Shown: positions 31,821 through 42,419, numbered from the stretch's first letter. The stretch is DNA of 64,000 nucleotides from an uncultured Candidatus Saccharibacteria bacterium (GCA_964600255.1 CAZRIX010000001.1:118542-182541), one strand, 5' to 3'. Translations and numbers: made by a program. Notes: generated by a model not told the origin, from the letters alone.

Positions 31821-32668
31821 AGATTTAGAATATGTTTCTTGGTGTCCAAATATAAGATGGCTATATGATACCTAACTATAGTAAGTTCGATACCGATAGG
31901 CATAGAATCCTTGAATCCATATAACGCATACATTTTAGGTAGCCTATATAGTAAATAGCCGAGAATTGTCCTTAACCTTTTATATAAAGTCCAGTACATA
32001 AAGTCGCCAAACCTCCTAATAGGCGCCACATCGACTTCAAAGCCTGCATATCTACTAAAGTATGCCCATACATTGCGTACCCTCTCCTCCGGCCATATAA
32101 AGTTATAATATGATTTCATGGTACCTACAGGAAACTTCTTGGTGTCCCAGTAGAGACGATCGTGGACCTGTCCTCTAAATCTAGCTCCGACCGATCTGTG
32201 TACTAGCCTAGTTTGGTATGATGGATAGCTAGCCTCATGTTTGATTTCGACGATATTATTATTCTTCTCAAGAAAAATTCTCGTAGGCATTCTATATACA
32301 AGATGTTCTGGTTTTGGATCAGAAGTTATTTTTCTTATTTCCATAACAGCCTCGTCGGTCAAAGTATCGTCTGAATCCATAAAAAAGTACCAGTCATTGG
32401 TTGCCGCATCCATATTTCTTTGTCTGACCGTTGCCTTATCTTTTACACATCTGACATTCTTTTCATCTGTATCATATTGTCTTATAACTTTTGCACCAAA
32501 TGACTTAGCTATTTCTACCGTGTTATCCGTACTATTTCCATCACACACTATAACCTCATCAAAATCTCTGAATGACTCTAGGCACTTGGCAAGACCCTCC
32601 GCTGAATTCAGAGTCAAAATTCCAACCGAACATTTTATTTTATTACTATCCATATTATTTAATTTCAT
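31811..32668 (-). CDS. Glycosyltransferase family 2
   Basis: CSVGILTLNSAE...VCDGNSTDNT...DSDD GT-A motifs. Confidence 0.8.
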   Translation of the reverse strand: MKLNNMDSNKIKCSVGILTLNSAEGLAKCLESFRDFDEVIVCDGNSTDNTVEIAKSFGAKVIRQYDTDEKNVRCVKDKATVRQRNMDAATNDWYFFMDSDDTLTDEAVMEIRKITSDPKPEHLVYRMPTRIFLEKNNNIVEIKHEASYPSYQTRLVHRSVGARFRGQVHDRLYWDTKKFPVGTMKSYYNFIWPEERVRNVWAYFSRYAGFEVDVAPIRRFGDFMYWTLYKRLRTILGYLLYRLPKMYALYGFKDSMPIGIELTIVRYHIAILYLDTKKHILNLWK

Positions 32669-33689
32669 TCTTTAGATTATGGATTAGCTTCACTAGTGAG
32701 TGTGAATCTTCTACCATTTGTCTCAATTTTATTCTTGTTTCATTTTTATTATTATTCAAAACAAAATTCTTGAGTTCATTGGACAAGAAGATAGCATCTC
32801 CAGGTTTAAATGTTAGTCCATAAGGATAAAGTATTGGTAGTAATGCATCATTTGAACTCATTACCAGCGTTCCACATGCCATAGCTTCTAGCGCAGCTTT
32901 ATCTAGACTTCCTGTAGTACTTGTATGAATAAATAGATCTGCACTTTTTAATAATGGCACGATCTGTGTCTGGGTCTTTGGTCCAACAAAGTTTACAATC
33001 GTTTCTAGAGACTTTTCAGTAACAACTTTTTTAATATCTTCAAAATATTTCTTATCATCATTTGTTACAGGTTCCCCGACTACATCTAGACTTACATCGA
33101 TATCATTACGAATTTGTGATACGGCATTCAATATTGTCACCAAATCTTTTGATCTTGAGATTCTGCCGATAGTTATAAGTTTTAGTTTATCTGTGTATAT
33201 CTTATTTTGATCAAAAGAAAATAAGTCCAAATCTATACCATGTGACATAACCTTCAGCTTCTCAGTTTTTACTCTAAAACTTTCGGCAGATGCAGAAAAA
33301 ACTTTCTTTACAAAAAGAAGTGCGAGTTTTAGAGACGCCGTTACACTCTTGTGTGTATACCAAAGATATACATCCTTTCCAATGACCTTCCAATACAATC
33401 CGCCAAGTAGCGCGTAGATCTGGTTCATATGAATAAAGACCTTATCATAATCATTACGTTCACTTACAATGTATTTATAAAAGTTAAACACATACTTAAT
33501 TCTTGATACTCCAGCTTCCTTTCCAAGTGAGAGTACTTTTACATTCTTTGGTAGACTATATTCACCCTTATACAAACAAATTACAATAACTGATTCGAAG
33601 TTTTTTGAAAATTCCTCGATCCATCTATGGAAAAAACCGAGTACTGAATCGTTCTTATCAACTTTCTGAGTAAGGATTAATAGTTTCAT
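32655..33689 (-). CDS. Glycosyltransferase family 4
   Basis: C-terminal E...ALEAMACGTLVMSS motif. Confidence 0.75.
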   Translation of the reverse strand: MKLLILTQKVDKNDSVLGFFHRWIEEFSKNFESVIVICLYKGEYSLPKNVKVLSLGKEAGVSRIKYVFNFYKYIVSERNDYDKVFIHMNQIYALLGGLYWKVIGKDVYLWYTHKSVTASLKLALLFVKKVFSASAESFRVKTEKLKVMSHGIDLDLFSFDQNKIYTDKLKLITIGRISRSKDLVTILNAVSQIRNDIDVSLDVVGEPVTNDDKKYFEDIKKVVTEKSLETIVNFVGPKTQTQIVPLLKSADLFIHTSTTGSLDKAALEAMACGTLVMSSNDALLPILYPYGLTFKPGDAIFLSNELKNFVLNNNKNETRIKLRQMVEDSHSLVKLIHNLKNEIK

Positions 33690-33718
33690 GATGTGTATGA
33701 TAATTATAACTTAATATA

Positions 33719-34774
33719 TTATTGCAGAGTTTGAACCACCTTATCCGCTATATCCTTCGCATTCCAATCTGCAATGACCGCGTCGACTTCTTGTGCAATA
33801 CCTACATTTGTTGAGACTATTTTAAGTCCACTTGCTTGAGCCTCTTTAAAGACCATACCGTAACCCTCATACCATGATGTAACTAGTAGCACATCGGCAC
33901 CCGCATAATATGGACTTAGATCGGTTTGCCATCCTTCAAATACCACATTCTTCCCTTCATTTATCTTATATGCTTGTTTTTTTAGACTATCTATACATGC
34001 ACCTGAACCAACGACAACCATACCGCAGCTCTTATCTTTTTCATAAATATACTTCATAGCATCGATTGCCATACTTACATTCTTCTCATACTCCAACCTA
34101 GATACAACCAAGATAATTTTAGCGAATTGTGGAAACTTCTTTCGTAGATCAAAACTAGGCACCAAACTTTTGGTATATGTAGTGTTGATATCAATAGGCT
34201 TTAGAACAATCTTTGCTTGCGCAAAACCTCTATTTAATAGTGAGTCAGCAATCTTTCTTGAGACAACCCTTATAACCTGTGCATGTGGTAATGTGAATCT
34301 TGATATAAATAATCTAATGCGGTTTATCATAGCGTTCTTGATACCGATACAATTACTTACAAAATACGGACTAAACATTTCTGTATGAATTTGAATAAGT
34401 AGATCTGAATCCTTTCTAAGGTTTGCAATATATTTGCCAGCGAGCGCAGTTTCAAAAGGATCCTGGCAAGTTACCAGTAGAGGTATTTCTTTACTTATAC
34501 CCTTAAGGATTGTCTTCCCCAAGCTACAAGCATCTTTTACATAGTTTAGCCTTAAAAGAGAATTGGTTGAATATATTTTACAACCAGCTGAGATAGTAAT
34601 TGGTTCTATTTTCTTGGTAGAAAAAACAATAATATGTAATTCTTTGTACAACTTCGAATATTCAACCATTCTTGCCCTAACCTGACTTTTCTCCATAAAG
34701 ATAAGTCGGTCGGTCGATATCATTATCGCAACTGAATTGGAATAATCCTTGTACTCGGTCTTATAGTTTTTCAT
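33719..34774 (-). CDS. Glycosyltransferase family 4
   Basis: C-terminal EGYGMVFKEAQASGLKIVSTNVG motif. Confidence 0.7.
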   Translation of the reverse strand: MKNYKTEYKDYSNSVAIMISTDRLIFMEKSQVRARMVEYSKLYKELHIIVFSTKKIEPITISAGCKIYSTNSLLRLNYVKDACSLGKTILKGISKEIPLLVTCQDPFETALAGKYIANLRKDSDLLIQIHTEMFSPYFVSNCIGIKNAMINRIRLFISRFTLPHAQVIRVVSRKIADSLLNRGFAQAKIVLKPIDINTTYTKSLVPSFDLRKKFPQFAKIILVVSRLEYEKNVSMAIDAMKYIYEKDKSCGMVVVGSGACIDSLKKQAYKINEGKNVVFEGWQTDLSPYYAGADVLLVTSWYEGYGMVFKEAQASGLKIVSTNVGIAQEVDAVIADWNAKDIADKVVQTLQ

Positions 34775-35780
34775 AGAAAGAAATTATTTCTTTACCAATA
34801 TCTTCCCAAGTGTGTACCCAGTTAAAGTTTTTTATCTTGTCCGCCTGCAGAGCTCGGTTCTTTGGATCAGACATCCAAGTAATCTTTTCTATCATATCCT
34901 TTTCACTTGTTGGATCAACAAAAATAGCACAGTCCCTTACTCGGTCTGTAATACCATTCTCCTTTGTTAAAATAAACGGTGTGCCAAGTCTAATAGCATC
35001 AAAGATCATATTTGGACTAATGTCACCTATAGATGCTAGCACTACTGCATATGATCTACGCATTCTTTCTTGGAAGTTGTCGTATACAGCCTTTGTTGTA
35101 TCAAATTCTATATTGTCGAGACCAGCTTTCTTTGTATTTGACTGAGCTATTTTGAATGCTTTCTTTAGGGCATCAATGTTCTTCCAGACCAAGTCACGAG
35201 TACCAGCGACGAAGACTCTATTTTCTGGCTCAATAGGTTCCTCCTTTTTTCCACAAAAGTTCTCTACAATTCTGCTTTTTCTTTGATCCAGCTTGTAGGC
35301 ATTTTCAAAAATACCCTTTTGCCAATTTGTACTATATATTACCAATGCAGCATTCCTCAAAGAATCTCCACCGAGTTTATATATTAGTTTTTCTTTGCGA
35401 GTAAGTTTACCGAGTGATGTATTATAGAAATCCCTAAAGAGTACTAACTCACCTGTTCTTTCTACATAACTCTCCCACAAGAAATCTCCACCTGTGCGGA
35501 TAATGTATTTTTTGTTCATGAGCTTACATGCATACATTGTAGGTACAGCGGCACTCCATGTATCGAGTACCAATATTAGATCTGCATTCCAACCCTTTCT
35601 AAATATCTTCAAAAAGAAAAGAATGTGTCTAACGAATGTTGGAAATGCTCTTTCCCATCGGTATGCAGCCACCTTTACATCATGACCTTGTGACTTCCAT
35701 GTTTCGTATAGATTGCGTGCATATTGCGCTGGACCACCAATATCTGGTGGATATATACCTGTAGATATTAGTATTTTCAT
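34761..35780 (-). CDS. Glycosyltransferase (GT-B fold, family uncertain)
   Basis: N-terminus MKILISTGIYPPDIGGPAQYARNL typical of GT4/GT1 N-domains. Confidence 0.55.
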   Translation of the reverse strand: MKILISTGIYPPDIGGPAQYARNLYETWKSQGHDVKVAAYRWERAFPTFVRHILFFLKIFRKGWNADLILVLDTWSAAVPTMYACKLMNKKYIIRTGGDFLWESYVERTGELVLFRDFYNTSLGKLTRKEKLIYKLGGDSLRNAALVIYSTNWQKGIFENAYKLDQRKSRIVENFCGKKEEPIEPENRVFVAGTRDLVWKNIDALKKAFKIAQSNTKKAGLDNIEFDTTKAVYDNFQERMRRSYAVVLASIGDISPNMIFDAIRLGTPFILTKENGITDRVRDCAIFVDPTSEKDMIEKITWMSDPKNRALQADKIKNFNWVHTWEDIGKEIISFYEKL

Positions 35781-36967
35781 ATATTAGATAAGAATACCTT
35801 ATTCTTCATATCACTTGCAATGAGGCTCCATTGATACTTGTTTTTGACCATATCCAGAGCCTTCGCAACAACACGATCTCTTAGATCTTTATCATCCATA
35901 ATCTCTTCAACTTTTTTGGCTATACTTGCAGGATTGTTGACGTCACATAGTAATCCTGTCTCCCTATCAACCAGAAAATCAACGATACCGCCAACTGGAG
36001 TGGCGATAACTGGTATACCAGCCGCCATCGCTTCAATATATGAATTACCAAAACCTTCTGACAAAGATGGGCGCACGAAGATATCTGATGCATGGAGATA
36101 CTGTGGCATCTCTAGATGAGAGATATATCCCAAAAATATAACTCGCCCTTCCAAACCATTCTGCTTCACTCTCAACTTGAGTTCTTCTTCTTGATATCCT
36201 GTTCCTAGAATTAAAAATTTTACATTTGGAGGAAGTAACTTCAATGCATCGATCACATCATCAGTTGCATTTTTCTTTACAAGTCTAGATGTGGTAATGA
36301 GGAATACATCACCAGGTTTTTTACCAAGTTTATTCTTTAGATCATTTAGTTCGGTTTCACTTTTTCTATTTGAAAATAAATCTAGATCAACCGCATTTGG
36401 AACAATGGTAATAGGACATGTTGTGCCCATATGTCGAGCCCAGTCCTCAAGGAACTTTGAGATGACCTGCACGAAATCCGCGTGAGTAAATATTTTCTTA
36501 AATAGACCCCCAAAAATTCCTTCCCTTCTCTCAAAATTATCCCCCTCTTGTAGTGATAATATAAAAGGAACTTTATTATGAACCTTTTTGAATAGATACG
36601 CTGCAAATCCTGCATAACTTGCCATCATTGCCCATGTAGCATCATATCCATTTCTCTTTTGCAGTTCTAATGCTTTTATGAAAGCTTGGAATGGAAAAAG
36701 GATTTTGGATAAAGGAAAAATCTGGGAACTTTTCATATTTGCTCCAAACCACGGCAGACCAACCCTGTACACATTCACATTACCTATTTTCTCGAAACTG
36801 GAACCTTTCTTGCGCAGAGTTATCATATCGAACTGTATATCTTTGCTAGATATTCTGTCAGTAATCTCCTTTATTGCAACTTCAGCCCCACCTATCACTC
36901 TTGGATAGTATACTAGAGAAAATATCAGTACTCTCTTGGGTTTTACTGTATTAGTTTGATTTTGCAT
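35777..36967 (-). CDS. Glycosyltransferase family 4
   Basis: GGAEVAIKE N-domain and a C-terminal EGFGNSYIEAMAAGIPVIAT EX7E motif. Confidence 0.85.
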   Translation of the reverse strand: MQNQTNTVKPKRVLIFSLVYYPRVIGGAEVAIKEITDRISSKDIQFDMITLRKKGSSFEKIGNVNVYRVGLPWFGANMKSSQIFPLSKILFPFQAFIKALELQKRNGYDATWAMMASYAGFAAYLFKKVHNKVPFILSLQEGDNFERREGIFGGLFKKIFTHADFVQVISKFLEDWARHMGTTCPITIVPNAVDLDLFSNRKSETELNDLKNKLGKKPGDVFLITTSRLVKKNATDDVIDALKLLPPNVKFLILGTGYQEEELKLRVKQNGLEGRVIFLGYISHLEMPQYLHASDIFVRPSLSEGFGNSYIEAMAAGIPVIATPVGGIVDFLVDRETGLLCDVNNPASIAKKVEEIMDDKDLRDRVVAKALDMVKNKYQWSLIASDMKNKVFLSNI

Positions 36968-36971
36968 GGTA

Positions 36972-38927
36972 TTACTCTACCCTAAGAACATCTCTGAGTA
37001 CATCTTCTGGTACCTCATTTTTTGTGTCACTTTTTATCTGTGTTTTTTCAGAATTCTTCAGATTTTCTATTGGTTTTGATACTACCTTTGGTTTGTCTGT
37101 GCTCATATTTGCATCACCATTTTTTGTTAATCCTGGGTTGGCAGCGAGGATTGCTGACAATGCACTCTTTAATTCATTTACGCGAGCTGGTGAAGCGTCC
37201 TTATGATTGTTATTTTTTGGAGTATTTGTAAGTGAGCTTAGCGATACGGACTTAAGCTTAGGTAGGTTCACATTATGATGAACAAAAGGTCTTTGATTAT
37301 TATTATGTCCATGATGATTCTTATCACCGTGATGATTTACGTGCTGTCCCACATGATGACCTGTGCCATGACTGTGATGTCCATTGTCGGCTACTTTAGG
37401 TGCCGTGGCTGTGTTTGTATGCATCTGAACAGGCTCTACGTGTATTGTAGGTTGTGGATTTGATATCGTGGGCTTAGCAGTATTTACAACGGTTGGCGCA
37501 GGTGTGACTGGTTTTGGTTCAGCCGCTTTGACATCAGTTGTCTTTGATTCTTTTGGCTTATCTTCTACCTTCACTGTTGCAGACTTAGGTGGTGCTTTGA
37601 CTGGTATTATAGGGGCCATCCAGTCATCGATAGCTTTCTCAACCTCAGCTCTCCTGTTTGAGAATTGTATTCTAGACTGTTCAATAACCTTCTCTTTACT
37701 TGAACTCTCTGGTTTTTCGATTGGTGGCAAGGTGGTAGCAGAAAAAGGTGCCGAGCTGATACCATCGATCATTAATTTTAAATATATTTGGAAAATACCC
37801 AAGTTCACAATATCTTCTGCAGTAAACTGCGGAGCAAATTCCTTCTCTAGAACTTCAGCATCAAAAGCTCCTACTCGAAAGACAATCATAGTACCAACGT
37901 TACCGAATACAGCAGCTCTAACCTCCTCTTCCATTTGCTCAATATACTGATGAGCCATTGTAAGGTTCAACTTGTACTTTCTTGCCTCAGATAGAATATC
38001 TGCAAAACTTTCATTGGCGAAAGATTGGAACTCGTCTACGAATAGATAGAAGTTTGGTAGAGTCTTGAGTACTCTATCTGGAACATCCGCACGTGAAAGT
38101 GCTGCTAGATAGATCTTTGTAATCAACATTCCCCCCAGAAGATTGGCATTTGATTCTCCTATTCTTCCCTTTGATAGGTTTATGATAAATACCTTACCAC
38201 TATCCATCATCTTTCTTATGTCAAAAGATGATTTTGGCTGACCGATCATATTACGTATCAGTGCATTTGCAGTAAACTGTCCGATCTTGTTCTGGATCGC
38301 TGGCACGGCTTCAGCGGCCATTCTTTCTGTATAGTTTGCAAACTCTTGTACCCAAAAAGCTTTTACTGATGAATCTGTGACATGAGAGATTACCTGCTTT
38401 CTGAACTCTTTATCAGACAACATTCGGTTTACACCGAGCAATGTAGCATCTGGATATTCTAGTAGTGCCAGAAGAGTGTTTGTAAGGATATATTCCATTC
38501 TTGCTGACCAAGCGTCTTGCCATATCTTTTTGAAGGTACTCATCAGACCTGATACGACTAGGTGTCTTTTATCAGCATCAACATTTTCCAAAACATTAAA
38601 TGAGATCGGATTGTCTATATCGAACGGAGCAAAATACACTACATCCTTTTGTCTATGTTCCGGTACATACTCTAATAGGAGCTCAGCTGTTTTGCCGTGA
38701 GGATCGATGAAAGCCATACCCTCACCATTCTTTATATCCTGCACAGCCATGTTCTCAAGTAAGGTAGACTTACCCATACCTGTCTTTCCTATCACGTAGA
38801 CATGCTTTGTACGATCCTTTGCTTTAATACCAAAGGTTACCCTCTTATTTCTGGCATCAGTTTGTCCAAAATATGTGATCCTTTCTTCATTCATAAATAT
38901 AGAACGTTTATGTATATATTCTAACAC
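36972..38927 (-). CDS. VirD4/TraG/TraD-like (DUF87-type) P-loop ATPase with disordered Pro/Ala/His-rich C-terminal tail
   Basis: Walker A GKTGMGKST and Walker B YLFVDEFQ. TMAHQYIEQM resembles the conserved coupling-protein motif. The last ~200 aa are low-complexity (KPKESK...HHSHGTGHHVGQHVNHHGDKNHHGHNNN). No N-terminal TM segment. Only 4 nt separate it from the downstream GT gene. Confidence 0.65.
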   Translation of the reverse strand: MLEYIHKRSIFMNEERITYFGQTDARNKRVTFGIKAKDRTKHVYVIGKTGMGKSTLLENMAVQDIKNGEGMAFIDPHGKTAELLLEYVPEHRQKDVVYFAPFDIDNPISFNVLENVDADKRHLVVSGLMSTFKKIWQDAWSARMEYILTNTLLALLEYPDATLLGVNRMLSDKEFRKQVISHVTDSSVKAFWVQEFANYTERMAAEAVPAIQNKIGQFTANALIRNMIGQPKSSFDIRKMMDSGKVFIINLSKGRIGESNANLLGGMLITKIYLAALSRADVPDRVLKTLPNFYLFVDEFQSFANESFADILSEARKYKLNLTMAHQYIEQMEEEVRAAVFGNVGTMIVFRVGAFDAEVLEKEFAPQFTAEDIVNLGIFQIYLKLMIDGISSAPFSATTLPPIEKPESSSKEKVIEQSRIQFSNRRAEVEKAIDDWMAPIIPVKAPPKSATVKVEDKPKESKTTDVKAAEPKPVTPAPTVVNTAKPTISNPQPTIHVEPVQMHTNTATAPKVADNGHHSHGTGHHVGQHVNHHGDKNHHGHNNNQRPFVHHNVNLPKLKSVSLSSLTNTPKNNNHKDASPARVNELKSALSAILAANPGLTKNGDANMSTDKPKVVSKPIENLKNSEKTQIKSDTKNEVPEDVLRDVLRVE

Positions 38928-38955
38928 ATATATAGAAATGTGTTATTATGAATTT

Positions 38956-39963
38956 ATGAAAATAGACATTAAAACATTGTACAAAAGGTTTGCTGATTTT
39001 ATGAGTCCTTATTCAGTTATTTTTATATTATTCTCAATTATCACCATATTCTTTATTATCACCGAGCCTTCTGCTGTTTTTTCCAATACAGCCACACTTT
39101 TTAGAGACAATACCCTCATTAGATTAGCTGCAAAAGAGCACTTTATCTGGGGTGGTCTACTAGGTTTTGGTATACTGGCTATCACATATATAGCTACAAA
39201 CATAAAAAGGCAGTATTCCCTAAAACATGTTTTCGGTAGAATCATATCTCTAGTCTTTTTCCTCCTATGGGGTGCGATGTTATCTGAAGTTTTGTTCGTC
39301 ACTCCTGTTTTGGACAATATCGTAAAGTGGTCAGATATTTTTATGAATGCAGACAAGCAGATATTCGGTGTATACCCAGCATTCTTTATGTACAAACATC
39401 ATAATGTAGTTTTGGAATACATAGTTGTTGAGTCATATGGATACCTTACTATTGTTATCGCTTTATGGACTCTTTTCCTCGTTGCAACACAAAGAATGGA
39501 CGAATTCCTGATTTGGTCAAAAAGGATACTTCTAGCTTTTGCTATCTCTATACCACTTTGGTTTGTTTTCCCTGCAACCCAACCATCTATAATGTATATT
39601 ACAAATCTGTTCAACAAACCTGTTGCCCCTGACATAGCAGAAGTTATCAAGGTAGGACCGCCTTCACTGTATATAAACAAGGCAGTAAATGAGTACACAA
39701 CAATGTGGCTCGATCCATACGGAAAAAGATTCTCAACGTCAAACTTTCCTAGCATGCACGTAATATGGGGATTCCTTCTTTTCCTAAGTGTGGCTAGAGT
39801 GTTTAAGTCAAAGATAACAAAAACACTGTTCTTTATATTTGCAGTTACAAATACAATTGGAACAGTGTATGTTTTACAGCACTATGCGGTGGATGCCTTT
39901 GCAGGAATTGCAGTAGTGGTGCTTGTTTGGGGAGTGACGAGCGAAAGAAAGGTGGGTGTTTAA
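38956..39963 (+). CDS. PAP2-superfamily membrane protein (lipid phosphatase / phosphotransferase-like)
   Basis: Polytopic. PSMH and HYAVDAFAGI motifs near the C-terminus resemble PAP2 motifs 2 and 3. Start 38956 (MKIDIK) or 38938 is chosen to avoid overlapping the divergent ATPase gene. Confidence 0.5.
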   Translation: MKIDIKTLYKRFADFMSPYSVIFILFSIITIFFIITEPSAVFSNTATLFRDNTLIRLAAKEHFIWGGLLGFGILAITYIATNIKRQYSLKHVFGRIISLVFFLLWGAMLSEVLFVTPVLDNIVKWSDIFMNADKQIFGVYPAFFMYKHHNVVLEYIVVESYGYLTIVIALWTLFLVATQRMDEFLIWSKRILLAFAISIPLWFVFPATQPSIMYITNLFNKPVAPDIAEVIKVGPPSLYINKAVNEYTTMWLDPYGKRFSTSNFPSMHVIWGFLLFLSVARVFKSKITKTLFFIFAVTNTIGTVYVLQHYAVDAFAGIAVVVLVWGVTSERKVGV

Positions 39964-39984
39964 ATAAACACGTTATTACAGAGT

Positions 39985-40494
39985 CTAGTTACAAGTAGTA
40001 TCAAGTATTAAACCTAGAGCGGCATTACCTGCGCCAGTTAAAGCATCGTAATCGTTACCTGCACTAGTTTTGCCTCGTGAGACACCTATACTATCAATAC
40101 ACCAAAATTTTCCTGTAGATTTCAAAGGAAATGCTATTGCATAAGCTAGACCATTTAAAGTAACATTACACTGACCATCAAGATTACCATTTACCTGCTT
40201 GATGTGATTCATAGCTTTCTGCAAATTAACATTTGCAAAGATAGTTCCAGCCGTAGTCAATGTTGAGCACTGATTACTATTTATTGATGAACCTGTTGTG
40301 TTGTAGACGCCTGACAAAGCAGCACGTTGCAATTCTGCACCTGTTCTAATTTCAACCATATCACGCCTGATTGCAGCATCTACACCCTTTACTCTTGAAG
40401 AGGCTAGTGATGCAAGCACAACAGATGACAACAAACCAATTATTGAAATAACAACGAGCAACTCAATCAATGTAAATCCTTTTTTTAATGACAT
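39985..40494 (-). CDS. Type IV pilin (prepilin N-terminal cleavage/methylation domain)
   Basis: MSLKKGFTLIELLVVISIIGLLSS class III signal (G|FTLIE). C-terminal Cys pair. Confidence 0.85.
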   Translation of the reverse strand: MSLKKGFTLIELLVVISIIGLLSSVVLASLASSRVKGVDAAIRRDMVEIRTGAELQRAALSGVYNTTGSSINSNQCSTLTTAGTIFANVNLQKAMNHIKQVNGNLDGQCNVTLNGLAYAIAFPLKSTGKFWCIDSIGVSRGKTSAGNDYDALTGAGNAALGLILDTTCN

Positions 40495-40540
40495 TTTTTT
40501 AGTATTAATATTCTATTACTCTTATATATTATCATATATA

Positions 40541-40570
40541 TTGCATCACACAAACAAAAAACCACCGTTA
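40541..40570 (-). terminator. Rho-independent terminator after major pilin gene
   Basis: ACCACC-GTTA-GGTGGT hairpin followed on the minus strand by a T-run (plus-strand AAAAAA at 40545-40550). Confidence 0.6.
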
Positions 40571-40601
40571 GGTGGTATTCTGTTTCTAAAATACTCTTAG
40601 A

Positions 40602-41090
40602 TTATCTTGAATCCATTAACGCACAAGTTGCATCACCAATCAATACGTTTGCTGGTGTTCCAATGTTTATCTTCTTAGCCTCTCCAATACTATCTACACA
40701 CCAGTAGTCTCCAGCAGCTCCTCCACTAAGTGACGCTGCTACTGCGTAACCTGCAAATGATGTTGCTGTTGTACCGCACTTCATAAGTGTACCTGTTGGC
40801 ATTGCAGCCTTTAGAGTAACGAAGTTTGCATTAGCAGCTAGTGAGCCAGCAACTGCGTTTGAACAATCAACGTTTGACTGTGCTGTTCCGTATGCAGATC
40901 CAGTATCTGAATATAATATTTCAGCCTGAGAACGAATTCCTCCCATCTGTGCTTGAACCTTTCCGTCATTTCCCTTACTTCTTGCTGTTGAAAGTGAAGC
41001 CAATACTACTGATGACAAAATACCAATGATTGCGATCACAACTAGCAACTCAATCAATGTGAAACCCTTTTGTAAATATGTTTTCTTCAT
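40602..41090 (-). CDS. Type IV pilin (likely major pilin)
   Basis: MKKTYLQKGFTLIELLVVIAIIGILSS prepilin leader. Its own terminator implies high expression. C-terminal Cys pair. Confidence 0.85.
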   Translation of the reverse strand: MKKTYLQKGFTLIELLVVIAIIGILSSVVLASLSTARSKGNDGKVQAQMGGIRSQAEILYSDTGSAYGTAQSNVDCSNAVAGSLAANANFVTLKAAMPTGTLMKCGTTATSFAGYAVAASLSGGAAGDYWCVDSIGEAKKINIGTPANVLIGDATCALMDSR

Positions 41091-41203
41091 AAACGAAAAT
41101 AATTAACCTATATAAACTTATTAATAATTAACTTATGGCACAATTATATCAAACGTATGATAAATAAGGGTAAATACTATGTGGATAACTTAGGAATAAC
41201 TCG

Positions 41204-42412
41204 TTATTGTGCACTTGCAACGTTGTATATAGGTATCAAAACAGATGCAAGCAAAGTCGCTACGCCTAGACCAAGCATAACGATCATGGCTGGTTCTATA
41301 AGATCAACTAGTGCATCAACTGCAGTTGTAACTTCTCTTGAGTAGAATCTAGCTAGAGTCTTTAGAATACTTCCCAACTCTCCTGACTCCTCACCCACCT
41401 TCATCATTTGAATCATAATTCCAGGAATCTCACCGTTACCTGACAGAGACTCAGATACCGTTTTACCAGCTTTTACAGAATCCACTGCGTCTGCAAGGAT
41501 CTTGTGATAAATACTACTATTAATAACTGACGATGTTAGTTCTAGAGCTCTAATCATAGGAATACCAGCGACAAGCATGGTGTTCATGTTATCTGATAGA
41601 CGTGCCCAGTATAGCTTCCTGTATAGATTACTTAGATATGGAATACTTAGTTTTATCTGATCAAATATAACAGCACCGCTCGGTGTCCTTATGTATTTCA
41701 TAATCACGAATCCAAGAACCACAGCGACAGCTAGCATTATGATTCCATATGACACAAAGAAGTTACTTATACCCAAAACTATTTTAGTATAAATAGGTAT
41801 ATCCTGTCCTGATTCAACTAGAATAGTACTGATCTTTGGAATAACCATCGTAAACATAAGGATCATCACGGTTATAAATGTGGCCATAACGAATGCTGGA
41901 TATATCAGAGCACTTTTAGCTTTTGATACTAGTTCATATGTACGATCCATATAATCCGCAAGGTAGCTGAAAGTTTCATTGAGTTTTCCTGACTCTTCAC
42001 CCGCCTTAACCATACTTACATAAAACTCCGAAAAGGCCTTTGGATGCTTTTCTAGTGCGATAGATATTGAACTACCCGCCTGAAGATCGTCAGCGATATT
42101 TAGTAGTATGTTTCCCAAAACTTTATTCTCACTTTCAGCACCAAGTAGTCTAAATACTCTAAGCGCAGAAACCTGCGCTTCAAAAAGCGTCGCAAGTTGT
42201 CTAGATAGAATCACAACATCTTTGTTCGAGACTCTATCAAAAAACGCTAGATTCATATTGAGTATACCTCCCTTCTTGTCTGCCTCAATTATGGACGTTA
42301 TAACCAAACCACGTCTTTGAAGTGAGGCAATGGCAATATCTACATTAGCTGCATCTATTGAGCCTGTTGTATTTGCACCTGTTTGATCTACTGATTGATA
42401 GTTAAAAAGCAT
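41204..42412 (-). CDS. pilC: Type IV pilus platform protein PilC (GspF family)
   Basis: 402 aa with two GspF repeats, three TM segments, and typical T2SF motifs (ALIYPAFV..., LSxxLxxG). Confidence 0.9.
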   Translation of the reverse strand: MLFNYQSVDQTGANTTGSIDAANVDIAIASLQRRGLVITSIIEADKKGGILNMNLAFFDRVSNKDVVILSRQLATLFEAQVSALRVFRLLGAESENKVLGNILLNIADDLQAGSSISIALEKHPKAFSEFYVSMVKAGEESGKLNETFSYLADYMDRTYELVSKAKSALIYPAFVMATFITVMILMFTMVIPKISTILVESGQDIPIYTKIVLGISNFFVSYGIIMLAVAVVLGFVIMKYIRTPSGAVIFDQIKLSIPYLSNLYRKLYWARLSDNMNTMLVAGIPMIRALELTSSVINSSIYHKILADAVDSVKAGKTVSESLSGNGEIPGIMIQMMKVGEESGELGSILKTLARFYSREVTTAVDALVDLIEPAMIVMLGLGVATLLASVLIPIYNVASAQ

Positions 42413-42419
42413 ATTTGTA

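Noticed and set aside
37468-37950. 160-aa G/A/S/T-rich plus-strand ORF and neighbours (37022-37463)
   Set aside because: They are antisense to the Pro/Ala/His-rich low-complexity tail of the ATPase gene and have no start context. It is a low-complexity artefact.
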